From Thecamonas trahens ATCC 50062 (Eukaryota; Protista; Apusomonadida): 64,000 bases of DNA. Positions 1 through 12,296 of the stretch are shown piece after piece. Made by a program: the position numbers and the translations under genes. The notes beneath the pieces were generated by a model. The model was not told where the DNA came from and ran no database searches. It saw only the letters and a program-made list of their open reading frames with translations. Position 1 is the stretch's first letter, and each line of letters starts with the position of its first letter. The DNA lies in NCBI RefSeq assembly GCF_000142905.1, contig NW_013657662.1:248001-312000 (forward strand), written 5' to 3'.

Positions 1-1059
1 CTCAAACGAGGCCGTCGAGTGGACGCAGTGGAGCGCCATCGCGAGGCAGTCCATGGCGTACGAGCCGATGTAGCCCGGCTGCGACTTGGCCCGGCGTGCA
101 CAGTACCGGAACTCGGCGTCGCGCCAGGTCCACTCCCGATCGGCAAGATCAAGATGGCTGTTGGACGGGTGTGCTTCCTCGGCAAGGCCGCGCGCCAGTC
201 GGCCCACTGAGTACGTGTACGCCTCGAACCCGTCGAGCACGCCCGATCCGTCGAGCCATTCACCCATGGTGGCATAAGCCGGCTCACTTGCGCGGCTGAT
301 GGCTGCGAGTGTGATGTGGGTGAGCAGCCGCGCAGCGTCGCCGGCCTCGTCGCCGCGGTGGGTGGTCTTGCTCTGCGCCCAGGCGGCGTCGAGCGCGGCG
401 TCAGGCGTGTTGTGGAAGAAGATCGGGATCGGCGCGTTGCGCATGATGGAGCCATTGCCTGAGGTGGCATAGTTGCCAGCTTGGGTGTACATCGAGTTGT
501 TTTCTTCAAACTCGCGGAGTGAAGCGCCGACGTTGCCGCCTAGCCCGACGGCGCGGCGACCGTGATCGGCGGTAAGCGGCGAGAAGCCGAACGAGGTGTT
601 GAGCCCGTTCGTCCACCACATGCCGAACCTTCTCCGCACATCGCGGGCGTCCAGCCGTCCACAAACTAGCAGCGAGTCGGCGAGGCAGAGCGCCATCGAT
701 GTGTCGTCGGTCCACTGGCCCGGCTGCAAGCTGAACCGGTTATAGCCGGGCGTCCGCCACACCTCCTCGTCGTCCAGACCGCGCACAAACGTCTTTCCAT
801 ACTGCAGAGGAGCAAACTCCAACGGTGCGCCAAGCGCATCGCCCACCGCAGCGCCCATCAGCACCGCCACCGCCCGCTCCAGCTCCACGTCACCGCCCTC
901 GACGCCTCCGCCACCCACCGCCGCCGCCGCCATCGCCCGCGCTGCCACCACCGCCTCGGCTGTCGGCGGAACCTCCTCATCGTCGAGGACCGAGTACGTT
1001 GCCTTGGCATTCCACACCCCATCTGCAGGCGGCGCCGGCTTGGACTTGGTGCTGCCCAT
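1..1059 (-). CDS. ADP-ribosylglycohydrolase (DraG/ARH family), 3' end runs off the window
   Basis: Manual translation from ATG 1059 (absent from the ORF track because there is no stop in the window): MGSTKSK...GAAVGDALGAPLEF...GQWTDDTSMALCLA...SGNGSIMRNAPIP, all hallmark ARH motifs. Confidence 0.9.
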   Translation of the reverse strand, partial: MGSTKSKPAPPADGVWNAKATYSVLDDEEVPPTAEAVVAARAMAAAAVGGGGVEGGDVELERAVAVLMGAAVGDALGAPLEFAPLQYGKTFVRGLDDEEVWRTPGYNRFSLQPGQWTDDTSMALCLADSLLVCGRLDARDVRRRFGMWWTNGLNTSFGFSPLTADHGRRAVGLGGNVGASLREFEENNSMYTQAGNYATSGNGSIMRNAPIPIFFHNTPDAALDAAWAQSKTTHRGDEAGDAARLLTHITLAAISRASEPAYATMGEWLDGSGVLDGFEAYTYSVGRLARGLAEEAHPSNSHLDLADREWTWRDAEFRYCARRAKSQPGYIGSYAMDCLAMALHCVHSTASFE

Positions 1060-1507
1060 GACGCTGTGTCGAGTGTGCGCCCGTGACAAAGGTGGGAGGG
1101 GGAGAGACTGTTCCGAAGCCTGGCTTCCATTTCTGCTGGCTGGCCAGCCAGCCGAAGCCAACCCCGGTCGGCACAGGCTGCTTCTTCTCACATGGGAGCC
1201 AGATCATGGCCTGACTGGCCGGAACTACAAATTGGACCCGATGCCAGGTCGATCGCCGCATGTCACATGCCTGGTCTGGTACGCATGTACGCTCACCAGC
1301 CCGAGGCCGACTGGCCAGAGTCATGTCGACAAGGTGAATGTGTCGTCAAGCTGCTGTGGCTGCAAGGATGCTTCATAAGAGTCTCGACGGCCGCAATCGA
1401 TCCGGTTGCCTCGGCCTCGAGGACAAGGGTGGTGGTGCAAGGAGTAAGTAGCGTGGTGTGGAGGGGTGAAGAGTTCAATGCGTTGGCACAACGGCGTATG
1501 GGCGGCT

Positions 1508-2600
1508 CTATGGGCGCGGCTCGGCAAAGAGCGCGGCCATGTCGTAGCGGATGAACTGGCGTTCATAGGCCTTGAGGATGGGGTTGGCCTCGGGATCCTG
1601 CGAGGCCACAGAGACGTCGACCGAGTTTGTGCCAAAGTCATAGACGGCGATCATCATGTCGCCGGTCTCGACCCACGAGACAAAGTCCTGCTCGATGGCC
1701 TCAGGCGTAATGTCGCCGTGGATGGCGTCGAGGAGCGAGGCGGTGCAAGGATGGGACGACGGCTGCGAGTGCTTGTCGACATAGACCAGATCGGTCATGG
1801 CGGGATGCTCGGCCGGCGTAGGGGCGTAGCCCGGGAACGGAGTGTTCCAGTCAAACTCGTTGAGCTGGTCGTACGAGTACTCGAAGATGCGGCCCTGGCC
1901 GTCGACGCGCGAGCCGACACCCACAAAGATGGATGCGGTCCGCTTGGCGGCCTGCATGCGGGCGGTGGCCTCTGCAATGGTCGAGTCGAACTGCAGGATG
2001 TCGCGAAGGAGAAAGTGCCACGGGTAGCCGGGGCGGCCCTGCAGAATAGTCTCGTTGGAGTGGATCCACACCTTTTCGCAGATGGCCGTTTCGGTCGAGT
2101 ACCCGGTGATGGCGCCGACAAAGCCGGGGAAGCCCTGGGTCATGAACGCGTTGCCCTGCCCCGCCTCGGGGTGGTACACAAAGGTGATCGGAGCATATCG
2201 CATCGGGTTGTCCACGCCCCAGTCGAGGGCACGAACCTGGGTCAAGCTCCCGTCCTTGGTCGCGTTGCCCCACCCAGCAATGATGGTGCACGCTGCCTTG
2301 ATGAGCTCCGGGAACATCGAGTAGCGATGGACCTTGTTGTACGTGAGGCCTGCCCCATCGGCAATGCCCTTCATCTCCTCCACAAAGTGCTTCGGCGTGT
2401 ACTTTTCCGTCAGCAGCACCTCCATCTCCAGGCCGGCCTCGATCCCAATGTCCGTGATGATGTCAACAAGCGACCTGGGCAGATGCTTGGCGTATGCCAG
2501 GGCCTGCTCCTCGACCCAGGGCAGGAACTCGTCGTACAAGTTGATAATCTCCTGCTTCAGCAGCGTCCCTGCCGCCACGCCCATCTCGTACTATATATGT

Positions 2601-2646
<46 letters not shown>

Positions 2647-3636
2647 TNNNNNNNNNNNNNNNNNNNNNNNNNNNNNNNNNNNNNNNNNNNNNNNNNNNNN
2701 NNNNNNNNNNNNNNNNNNNNNNNNNNNNNNNNNNNNNNNNNNNNNNNNNNNNNNNNNNNNNNNNNNNNNNNNNNNNNNNNNNNNNNNNNNNNNNNNNNNN
2801 NNNNNNNNNNNNNNNNNNNNNNNNNNNNNNNNNNNNNNNNNNNNNNNNNNNNNNNNNNNNNNNNNNNNNNNNNNNNNNNNNNNNNNNNNNNNNNNNNNNN
2901 NNNNNNNNNNNNNNNNNNNNNNNNNNNNNNNNNNNNNNNNNNNNNNNNNNNNNNNNNNNNNNNNNNNNNNNNNNNNNNNNNNNNNNNNNNNNNNNNNNNN
3001 NNNNNNNNNNNNNNNNNNNNNNNNNNNNNNNNNNNNNNNNNNNNNNNNNNNNNNNNNNNNNNNNNNNNNNNNNNNNNNNNNNNNNNNNNNNNNNNNNNNN
3101 NNNNNNNNNNNNNNNNNNNNNNNNNNNNNNNNNNNNNNNNNNNNNNNNNNNNNNNNNNNNNNNNNNNNNNNNNNNNNNNNNNNNNNNNNNNNNNNNNNNN
3201 NNNNNNNNNNNNNNNNNNNNNNNNNNNNNNNNNNNNNNNNNNNNNNNNNNNNNNNNNNNNNNNNNNNNNNNNNNNNNNNNNNNNNNNNNNNNNNNNNNNN
3301 NNNNNNNNNNNNNNNNNNNNNNNNNNNTCCCCTCCCTCCTCCCTTCTTCCTCCCCCCCCTCCCTCCCTCTCCCCTCTCCTTGCAACGTACGGGTGTGCCG
3401 TAGAGGTGGACGACAGTGATCTGGTTGCCCGTAGGCCCGACCACAAACTTCTTCCCGTTGGTGGTAGAGGCCACAAGCTGTGGCGGTGCGGTGTACGGCG
3501 CCGCGGTGTTGGCCTTGCCAGAGCACTGCACGCCCTGACCAAGCTCATTCTCCATTGCCATGGCTGTCGCCGAGGCCATAGCCATGGCCATGGTCACCGC
3601 CACCACCACCGATGCTATCCAGGTCACGTGCAGCAT
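1508..3636 (-). CDS. Secreted Ntn-hydrolase, acid-ceramidase/peptidase C45-like; 2 exons (3636-3391, 2590-1508)
   Basis: Signal peptide present. A GTACGT...ATATAG intron spanning the gap joins the exons to give HLYGTP|YEMG. Putative nucleophile in ACTIIAGWG, followed by RALDW. Confidence 0.8.
2602..2644 (+). repeat. (GT)n microsatellite in an intron, at the gap edge
   Basis: Perfect GT dinucleotide run. Confidence 0.95.
2648..3327. other. Assembly gap (N run)
   Basis: Ns. Confidence 1.
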
Positions 3637-3741
3637 TTTGCTTCTTCAATTCGGGGGCGTCAGGTGCCACCGCCTGCCAGCGATTGCCGTAAGCTGACCA
3701 ACAGGGCAAGTCGGAGTGCCACTCACGGTAGGAAATGACCG

Positions 3742-4302
3742 TCACGACGCCGACGATGACGGGTGGAACCGGCCCTCGGTGGCGGTGTTGGTCGACGTCG
3801 ACTCGCTGCTTGACGATGCATCGCGCCATACCGGTGGCAGCGGCGAGTACCCCTGTTCGCCTGCCTCGACAAGCTGCTGGCGAAGGAGGACCGCAAGCAC
3901 GACGCCGACGAGAAAGTAGGGGATGGCGATGATGTTGATGTTTCCACGCACCGCTGCAAAGGCAAGCGTGGTGAGCGCAGAGACGCCAAGCACGACTGCA
4001 AACCGCTGGTACAGGTGCATGCGGTAGAGTGTCTCGGCTCGGACGGCGATAAAGCCTAGCGAGAAGGCGATGAGCAGGACGGCGACCGTCAGCACCAGCA
4101 TCAGAATGTTCGGGCGAGAGCTGTCCTCCTCTTCAGTATCATTGTCCTTTCTCTCATCGTTGTTCTGGGTTGCCAACACCGCCACACCGTACACGCCCAG
4201 CCCGACGGTGAGCATCATGGCGAGCACCGTCACCACTTGTGTCGCGGTCTGCAGACCACGGACCCGCTGTAGATCGACCTGTGTTCCCTGCTGCGGCAGC
4301 AT
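3742..4302 (-). CDS. Hypothetical membrane protein (~4 TM); start uncertain, an upstream exon is possible
   Basis: Four hydrophobic segments and coding-like codon usage. The upstream part of the listed ORF is G-rich low-complexity sequence. Confidence 0.55.
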   Translation of the reverse strand: MLPQQGTQVDLQRVRGLQTATQVVTVLAMMLTVGLGVYGVAVLATQNNDERKDNDTEEEDSSRPNILMLVLTVAVLLIAFSLGFIAVRAETLYRMHLYQRFAVVLGVSALTTLAFAAVRGNINIIAIPYFLVGVVLAVLLRQQLVEAGEQGYSPLPPVWRDASSSSESTSTNTATEGRFHPSSSAS

Positions 4303-4682
4303 ACCTACACAAGCCCACCCCCAGATGCCAACCACCACCAACCACCGCCACCGGCCGCCACCACGTGTGCAGTGAGTAGCAGCAGCAATCAGTGCATGTT
4401 CTCTCCCTCCCTCCCCCTCCTCCCTCCCCCTCCCCTCCCCCTCACCATCCACCCCCATACCCCGCTGCCCCTTCCACACCACCAACACCAACATACTACA
4501 CAAGCCCCCCGCCCTCGAGTCAAGTGCTGCCACAATCTCTTTCCCCCCCCTCCCCCTCCCTCCTCCTCCTCTCTTCCTTCACCTGCTGACGCCACATTGT
4601 TCGCTGGCGAACCTTCACGATGAAAAACAGAACAAAGGCCACCTGTCCCCCCTCTCCCCCCCCCATCCCCATCCCCACCACC

Positions 4683-5357
4683 ATGGCCAAGGCAAAGGGG
4701 GGCAAGCCGAGGACCGACAAGGCGGTTGCAAAGGGAGGCAAATCAAGCTCCAAGGGCAAGGCATTCTCCTCTGCCGGTACGGCCAAGGGCAAGGGCAAGG
4801 GCAAGGGCAAGGGCAAGGGCAAGAGCAAGGGCAAGTCGTCCCGGTCGGTGCCCCACCCAGACTCGGACAGCTCGTCTGTAGGCTTGGAGCCAGCATACGC
4901 CCGCCGGAGCAGCAGGGCCCGCAGCAGCAGCCGTACCCGCCGCCCGTCCAACATTGGCGGTCGTCCTGTCTTCTCCACCGGCCTTTGCAACTGCTGCGCT
5001 GATGTGTCGACATGCTGCTACGTGATGTGGTGTCCCGGTTGTGCCCTCATGACCTCGCGCGCCGTCGCCGAGGAGCGTCGCGTCGAGAACGATGACTACG
5101 CCTGGGGCTGCGTCATTCAAACGCTCCCACCCACTTTGGTCGTGTGTGGAGGAGTCTTTGGCCTCTCGCTCTCCATCGATGACCGCATCGCTACCATCCG
5201 CAAGTATGGCCTCGGCGAGCCCGACTGGAAAGACATGTGCACTGCGCTCTTTTGCGCCCCCTGTTCCGTCTGCCAGAGTTATCGCGAGCACCTCATCCGT
5301 CAGGGCGACGCCGCAGACCGGAGCCAGTGTTGCTGCTCTTCAACGTTAGGCCTGTGA
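4683..5357 (+). CDS. PLAC8/cornifelin-family Cys-rich protein with a Lys/Gly-rich N-terminus
   Basis: FSTGLCNCCAD..CC...CPGC and IRKYGL...D.C..LFCAPCSVCQ..RE motifs. Confidence 0.85.
   Translation: MAKAKGGKPRTDKAVAKGGKSSSKGKAFSSAGTAKGKGKGKGKGKGKSKGKSSRSVPHPDSDSSSVGLEPAYARRSSRARSSSRTRRPSNIGGRPVFSTGLCNCCADVSTCCYVMWCPGCALMTSRAVAEERRVENDDYAWGCVIQTLPPTLVVCGGVFGLSLSIDDRIATIRKYGLGEPDWKDMCTALFCAPCSVCQSYREHLIRQGDAADRSQCCCSSTLGL
4783..4835 (+). repeat. (AAGGGC)n coding repeat (KG)n
   Basis: Tandem hexamer. Confidence 0.9.
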
Positions 5358-5365
5358 CCCGCGAG

Positions 5366-8300
5366 CTACATTCCGTCTGATTCGAGGGTGAACGACTCGG
5401 CCCGCGTCGACCGCAGCGGCGAGTCGGCAAACTCGGTCATCGGACTCGCCACGCGGACGTCGCCCACCTCGGCCAAGTGTGCGTGAACCTCACTTCCACC
5501 CTCATCGCTCGTCGTAAACAGGTCTGTGCATCCCATCTCGATGCTTGCCATATGGAGTGCCGGCTCAAAGTCGTCGATCTCGCTAGCTTTGGCCTCTCCC
5601 CACTCGTCCTCGGCCTCGATCTCAGCCTCAGCTTGCTCCTGCAGCGACGCCCTCACCTCCCAGCCCACACCCAGCACAACAACCAGGACGACCCAGACGA
5701 GGCCGAGCACCACCGCAACATGAGATAGGAGGCCGACATCGAATGCACCCGCCATCAACACCACCGCCGCGCCGGCTGCCGCCGCCGTTGCCATCACGTT
5801 GTGCGGCGACCAGAGGTAAGGCCCTATGGCCTGGAGCGCCATCGTCGAGATGACAAGGACCATTGCCGCTCCGGCTGCCTTGGTCTTCACTCCGCGTAGC
5901 GCCGTGATTGCCATCGCCAGCACCGCCTTCTGGCCCATGACCACCACCTCGAACCAGTACAGATGCGGCTTGAACCGCGCGACAAGGAATGCGTACCGGG
6001 CCACAAACGAGACTTCGGCCCGCGTCACGCGCTGCTGGAGGAGGAGCCCAAAGGTAAACGCTGGGATGCCGACCACGTACACGATGACAAAAAGCACGAC
6101 CACCCATAACGCGCTGTAGTAGCTTTTGTCGTAGCACGAGGTTCCCGGCGCCGCGCTAAGCACCCATCGCCCACCCACCTGCGAGCAGTCTAGGTACTTG
6201 AGCGTAGAATGTGCCAGCGGTAGATACATCAGCCCCATCATCTGCAAGTACGATCGCGCACACGACGATTGCAACTGCGCCCGTGTCGCCACACCATCCG
6301 CCAGAAGCCGGCGAAGCCGCGACGATCGCCCCAGATCGAGCGCCTCCGCCACCCACATCCCCGGCCCAACGGTCCACAACTGGACGTAGCCAAGTCCTGC
6401 GAGGAGGACCACAGCAAAGACGCCCACAAAACGATTGGGAGCGACATGGTCAGGCCCCACTTGAGCAAAAACGGGTTGCGTGCATCCGGAAACGTGCACT
6501 CGGGCGCGGCGAGCTCGATGTTGAGCGACGCCAGTGACGTCGCCCGCATCACCAGCCGCGCCGCCTCGTGCCAGTTGAGATCAAGCTCGCCGTACAGCGC
6601 CACAATCTGAACCGCGGTGATCGAGATTGAGAGAGCAGCAAAGCCGTAGACAGGCCCTTCGCGTGCGTTGTTCCACACCAGCACGCACGCCAGCCCAATC
6701 CCTGCCACTACAAGCAGGATGACTGCGCCCGCGGTCGACTGCGGCGCGCACTTGTGGCACCGCGACGCCAGCCGGTACCACCCGCGAGCACACCGAGCGC
6801 ACAATTGCCCGCTGTACCCGCGCGCACACTTGCCGTCGCCTGCACACGCCCCGGTCTGGGGACATGCCACAAACGCACCGCCGCCCGGCGCAAACCCGGG
6901 GCGAGACCGTGGCGGCACGTCACCACCATCACACACTCCGCCGACCGGACAGGCCATGCAGCCCGGCGCCTCAATCGTCCGTCGCCCGCGTGGCCCACTC
7001 CATGCACCAGCACTGCAGCTGCAGTTGAGCACATGCGCCGTCCCCTCCTCTGACTCGCTCAGCGGCGGACAGTCGGTGCAGATCGGCGCGTTGACGCTGT
7101 CCGAGTAGGTGTTGCGGGGGCAGAGCTCACAGGTGGTTGCGTCCACTGCTTTGGATCCCGGCGGACACCGCGAATCAACTCGCACAATCCAAGGCGAGCC
7201 TAGCAGCGGCACGTTGTCAAATGACGCCGTTACCGCGTAAACGCCGGCGGTAGTCACGCTGTACTTCACGCCGTAGCTTCCGTCACCCCGATCAGTAACT
7301 TCTACATCCAGCGCCTCGCCGTCGCGGGTCACGACTACGCTAAGCGCATCGCCACCGATGGCGCGATTATTGCCATACGCGTCGCGCGCGTGAACAACAA
7401 ACGAAGCCTCGCCATAGTCGGGCGACGAGAGCGAGCTGCCCTCGGCCACCGACTGCAGTCCAAATGCGGGCCCCGGGACAAGGTCGACAGCCAGTGGAGC
7501 CGGGAGCGGCTCGGCGTTGACCCCGACCTCAAAGAGGTAGCTACCCGCGATCGTGGACAGCGGCCAGGAGATCGCGTAGTGCCCGTTGGCGCCAGTGTAG
7601 GTCGAGACCACCGTTCGCGGCCCTGTGCTTGGCGCTAGCTCGCGGATAAAGATCTCGTCGAGGCCGGTCACCACTGCATTGCCCGACAAATCGCGGACAC
7701 TCGCGCTCCAGCTCCACACCGAGCCGACAACATGGGTCGAGACGCGCACCGCGGAGATTGTTGTTGTGTTGCCAGAAGCTACCGAGCACTCAAAGTTGGC
7801 GATGCCGGACCAGACGCCACTCCCGCCCGCATCGATGCAGACACGAACTGCGGTGCCGACCGGGTTGTAGCCCGGCAGGCAGGCAAATGTCACATTGGCG
7901 CCATAGCTGGTGGTGCCGTGGTCAAACCGCATCCCATTAGCTGGTGACGGCTGCACTAGCGGCCCACAATCAATAATCTCACAGCTCGGCACCGGTGCAG
8001 TCCACGACGCGTTATCTCCCGGACCCTCGACACCGCAGAGCACGCTCGAGGCGCCGACCAGCGCATAGCCCTCATCGCAACCAAACACCACCGACGCGCC
8101 CCACATCGGTGGGCTAGGCGCGCTGCTGGAAAATCCATTAGCCGGCGGCGAAAGCGAGCTGCACGCCCTCAGGCTGCACACCGGCTCATGGCCGGACCAA
8201 GCCTTGGAGAGCTCGCACGTCCGGCTCGCCGAGCCGGCCGCGAGGAAGAATCCGGCGTTGCACCCAAATGTGCAAACGTTGCCGGTGAACGGTGCGCACG

Positions 8301-9824
8301 TTGCAGGCGACACGCTTCCGTCGGTTGGCGGGAGGAGAATGGAGTCGCAGTGTAGAGGATCTGGGCTGCAATCAAAGTCGCTAGCACCGGACCAGTAGTT
8401 GGGCGAGCCGACGACGCACGTCCGGGTAGTTGTACCCGACGGCTGATATCCAAGATTACAGGCAAACGTGCAGCTTTCTCCAAGCCCGCTACCGCTGCAC
8501 GTCTTAGTTCCATCTGCCGGCGGAAGCTGACCCAATGGGGCACACGGAATGGGATCGCAGCTCGGAGAGTTGCCCGAAAAACGCGCACCGTTGCCATCCA
8601 CCGTGTCACACAGCCGCGACGCCAGGCCGACCCGCTGGTAGCCCTGGTTGCAGCTAAAGGTGGCAGCATCGCCCCATTGCGGCACACCCGGCTGGCTCAC
8701 ACTTCCATCAGCAGGTGGCGCCAGCGAGGGACAGAGCCGAATGTGGCAGCTCGCCTCGGAGCCAGACCAAGCCCCGTTAGTCTGGCACGACCGACTAAAC
8801 GAGCCCAGCCGGTAATAGCCGGCGGCACAAGAAAAGGTGCATGTCTGAAACGTGACTGGTGGGCAGTTGGACGGATCGACCTGTCCACTGGATGGCGACG
8901 GCAAGGCGTTGACGCAGTTGGTTGGATCGGGCACGCACGACAGAACCGAGTCCCACGCGGCGCCGCTGCCCGAGTCAACGCAGGTTGTCGTGCTCGCGCC
9001 CGATACGACGTAGCCCTCGTTACAGCTGAGCGAGAGTGTCTCTCCATCAAACCGCCGAATGGCTGGCGACGTAACACCGTTGGCAATGTTGAGGTTGGGA
9101 CAAGGGCGATCAAAGTGGAGCGTGATGCGGAGCCCGCTGGTGGCTCTAGCGAACGAGGCAGCCGGTACAAAGACGAGCCCCAACTGGCCGTTCCAATCAG
9201 ACCGATCCACCAGCTCTTGCACAACGGCAACGAGCTCGGGCACGCTCGGTTCAGTCCCAATATAGCCTCCAAAGCCATGGTTCCAGTTGGGGAACGTCTG
9301 AACCGTGCCTGTGCGATCCATCTCGGCGGTTGTCCGCGGCAGATCACGAAGCTGAAACGGTGGTGGCGGCACACCTTGAGGCTCGAGCACCAGCGTGCCA
9401 TCTGCCACACCATAGATGGTGACCAGAGCCCGGTTGTCGTAGAAGCAGCATGCCGAAAAGTCCATCTCGACTCGAGTGATGCGCGAGAAACGAGGAATGT
9501 CGGCAAATCCGAGGTTGTTGGGCACAATGTACGCCGAAAGGTAGCTACCAGAAAGGTAGAGGTACGGGCTCTCGTATCGGGACCCGCTCGTGGTCTCTAC
9601 ACCCCAGTGTGGACGGGTGGGACTCGAAGTGTAGCAAGAGACCATGATCGATGCGCCGGAGCAGCCGAGGCCGAAGCTTGCGGTCACCACCAAAAAAGTA
9701 GAAGGAAAGCTGCTAGTTCATTGCCGCCACGGTGCCTGCGGCATACGCACGGAGATGAGCCTTTGCAAGCAGTTGGGCAGAGTAAGGCACGTCTGCCGCA
9801 AGATGATACACGCCAGCATACCAT
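5366..9824 (-). CDS. Large receptor-like membrane protein: signal peptide, N-terminal beta domain, 7 sushi/CCP repeats, filamin/Ig repeats, Cys-rich GCC2/3-like region, multipass TM; apparent frameshifts at ~9695 and ~6430; start uncertain
   Basis: Seven C..P..G..C..GY..C..W..C units and the filamin motif FVVHARDAYGN..GGD..VTDRGDGSYGVKY. Adding one T at each run joins the ORFs (LLLFLVVTAS; LPIVFVGVF). Confidence 0.8.
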
Positions 9825-10292
9825 GTTTGGCAGGCCAAGTATGGCTAGTCTTAGCAAGACGAATGCAGAAAGCGCAAGCGTTGGCGGACTACTGGGCAGT
9901 AGCTGGGCTCGGCAGCTACTCTTCCGCGCGTGCCGACGTTTTTTTTTTTTTTTTTCGGCGACAGCCGTCGAAGCGGCAGCGGACGCGGCGGGGCCGTCGG
10001 ACTCGTCAACGACAAGCTCCGCACCGTCCGCGCCCGCGGCTCCTCCGAATCGGCGCCGTACGGCACCTCGCGCACCTCGTCCCATGCTCCAAGGCGTCCG
10101 TCACGGCGGCGGCAACTTGGGCATCCTTCAGGCAGGCGTCTACGTGACGGCCGCCATCACGTGCGGGCACGCCTCCCACCTCAAGCCTCAGACCAAGCAG
10201 ACGTTAAGCATCATCGAGTTGTTCACTTTGAGACGCATGACAACGCGTCCGAACGATCGTGCTGTTTAGGGATATTTCCCCACAACACTCTC

Positions 10293-11845
10293 TCACGCCT
10301 CCAAATACCGCAGGACCGAGTCCCGGACGACGAGGCCCGAAGCAACTGCGGGGGCGACTTTGACAGCGGCAGGGCCGAGGCCACGGAAGAGGCCACGAAT
10401 GCCATCAGAGCGGACAATCGAGGTGACTGCATTGGCTGTCGAAGAGTACTGGAATGCATCGGTGCCGAGCTGGAGACGGCGGCGGATGAGGTCGACGGGA
10501 TGGGTGACGGCCTGGGCGACCATACCGGCAACGACGCCGCAGCCCAGAAAAAACGGAATTGAGTCTGCGAGGCCGTGGATCGATTCGGGGAGGTACGCAG
10601 GCGCCCGGGCTTTGAGCATGTCGTAGCTTGCCATCTGGACGGCCATGAACGGCGCGATCGAGCCCAGCGTGGGCAGCAGGCCGCGATAGAGCGAGGAGAC
10701 GCCACCTTCGGCAACCAGTCTGCGAACCGATGCAGCAACGGTGACATCGTATGCGCCTGTGTGGAGCGTGCCGGAGCGCGAGATGGTCTGGACCGACATG
10801 TGGGTGCGGACTACGTCGAGCGGAAAGGTGACAACGGTAGCGGTGACGCCGGCGGTGGCACCGGCTAGCGCGCGCCAGGCTGGCCACGGCTCTCCAGGTG
10901 GCACGTCGACGCGCTCAGGCTGCGCCGCGCAGAGCTGCGAGTAGAGGAGACAGACGATGGCGCCAAACGGAACGACTTGTGCAATGCTGGCCGCGTTGCC
11001 GCGGAGGAGCCCAGCCCATCCCTCAGAGGCAAGGATGCGGCGGAAGATGCTTGTCGCCCGCGGCGCAGTACCCTCAGACGCCTGTTGCAGGACCTTGATT
11101 CGCTCCAGCGGCGCGGTGATTGTCTTGGAAACACCGCCGGCGGCGGCACCTGCAGCGAGGAACTTCCACAGCTCCATGTGGCGCGGCGGGAGGTCTGGCA
11201 CAAAGTCGTTGCCGACCGAGAGCGAAGCCATCGAAATCAGGTGTGTAGAGAGCGACTGGAGCGAGAGCTCGTCGAGCGCGCCAAAGACGTCCGCAAACTC
11301 GGCAAACTCGATCGTGTCCGAGCCGTTGGCATCGACCACGGACATCATGGCCGCGAGCTGCTCGCGCGACGGCGCAAAGCCGAGCGACCTCAGTACTACC
11401 ATCAGCTCGTCGACTGAGATCGAGCCCGAGCCGTCAGTGTCGATGTCGTCAAAGAGCGACCGAAGATGAACCGCGTCACACATGCGGGTAAACTCGTGAA
11501 AGTCGATGCGATCGTCGTGGTTGCGATCGTGGAGGGCAAAGACCCACTCGACCTCTTCCCCTGCGCTTCTTCTCCGCGATACTCTCCGCGCCTGGTCTTC
11601 TGATCCGTACCCGCCTCTCGAGTCGAGAAGCTCGAGCGCGCGCCGCAGTTGGTCAATGTTGAGCATGTTCGTGCTATCATCGTCGCACATCTGTGCCCGG
11701 GCAATCACAGGTGCGACACGTGCATGAGTCGCCCGCCCGCCCCCCTCATGCACACCTCAACGCTCCGCTAAAGCCAACCTACATCAAAGACAGCACGCAG
11801 CCGCTCGAGCTTTGCGGCACGAACAGCGGGAGCTGCGTCGGCCAT
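10293..11845 (-). CDS. Calcium-binding mitochondrial carrier (SCaMC/SLC25A23-25-like); exons 11845-11783, 11690-10293
   Basis: Four EF-hands (e.g. DTDGSGSISVDE, DANGSDTIEFAE) and three Px[DE]xx[KR] carrier motifs (PLERIK, PLDVVR, PVDLIR). A GTAGGT...CACAG intron completes the first EF-hand. Confidence 0.9.
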
Positions 11846-12296
11846 GTCGGGCTCAACGGCAGGGCTGGACTTGGCCTCAGACACCTTGTTGCGCCAGGCC
11901 ACCGCAGTCGGCGCAGCCGCAGCCTCGGTCGACAGGACGACGTGCGGCAGGCGTCGGCGGTGACGACGTGTCAAGCAGGGAGCGTGGTTCGTTCTCGCCT
12001 CGAGGCGGAGAGGTCGTTGGAGTGGGGTGGGGTGGCGCCGGTGTTCGAGGCTGGGGCTGGGCTTGGACTCTGGCTAGTGTGTGGGTGGCGGAAGCGGTGG
12101 CTGCGACGACTCCAACCGGCTGGGCATGGTTGATCCTGGGCCGTTACGTTCAATGGCAGATGCGTCAAGTACATGATCGGTGGGTGTGCCCGGGTGAGTG
12201 GAAGTGATGATTGCGGTTCTATGGCTCCAGCGATCGGTGTCGGGCGTGGAGATGAGCAGCAGCTCGGTGCTCGGTCCGGAACGCGAGTCTCCTCAC

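Noticed and set aside
1060-1500. Possible ncRNA in the intergenic region
   Set aside because: No recognisable tRNA, snRNA or rRNA motif by eye.
1466-3738. Long ORFs with X runs (also 24663-25421)
   Set aside because: Artefacts of translating through N gaps and microsatellites.
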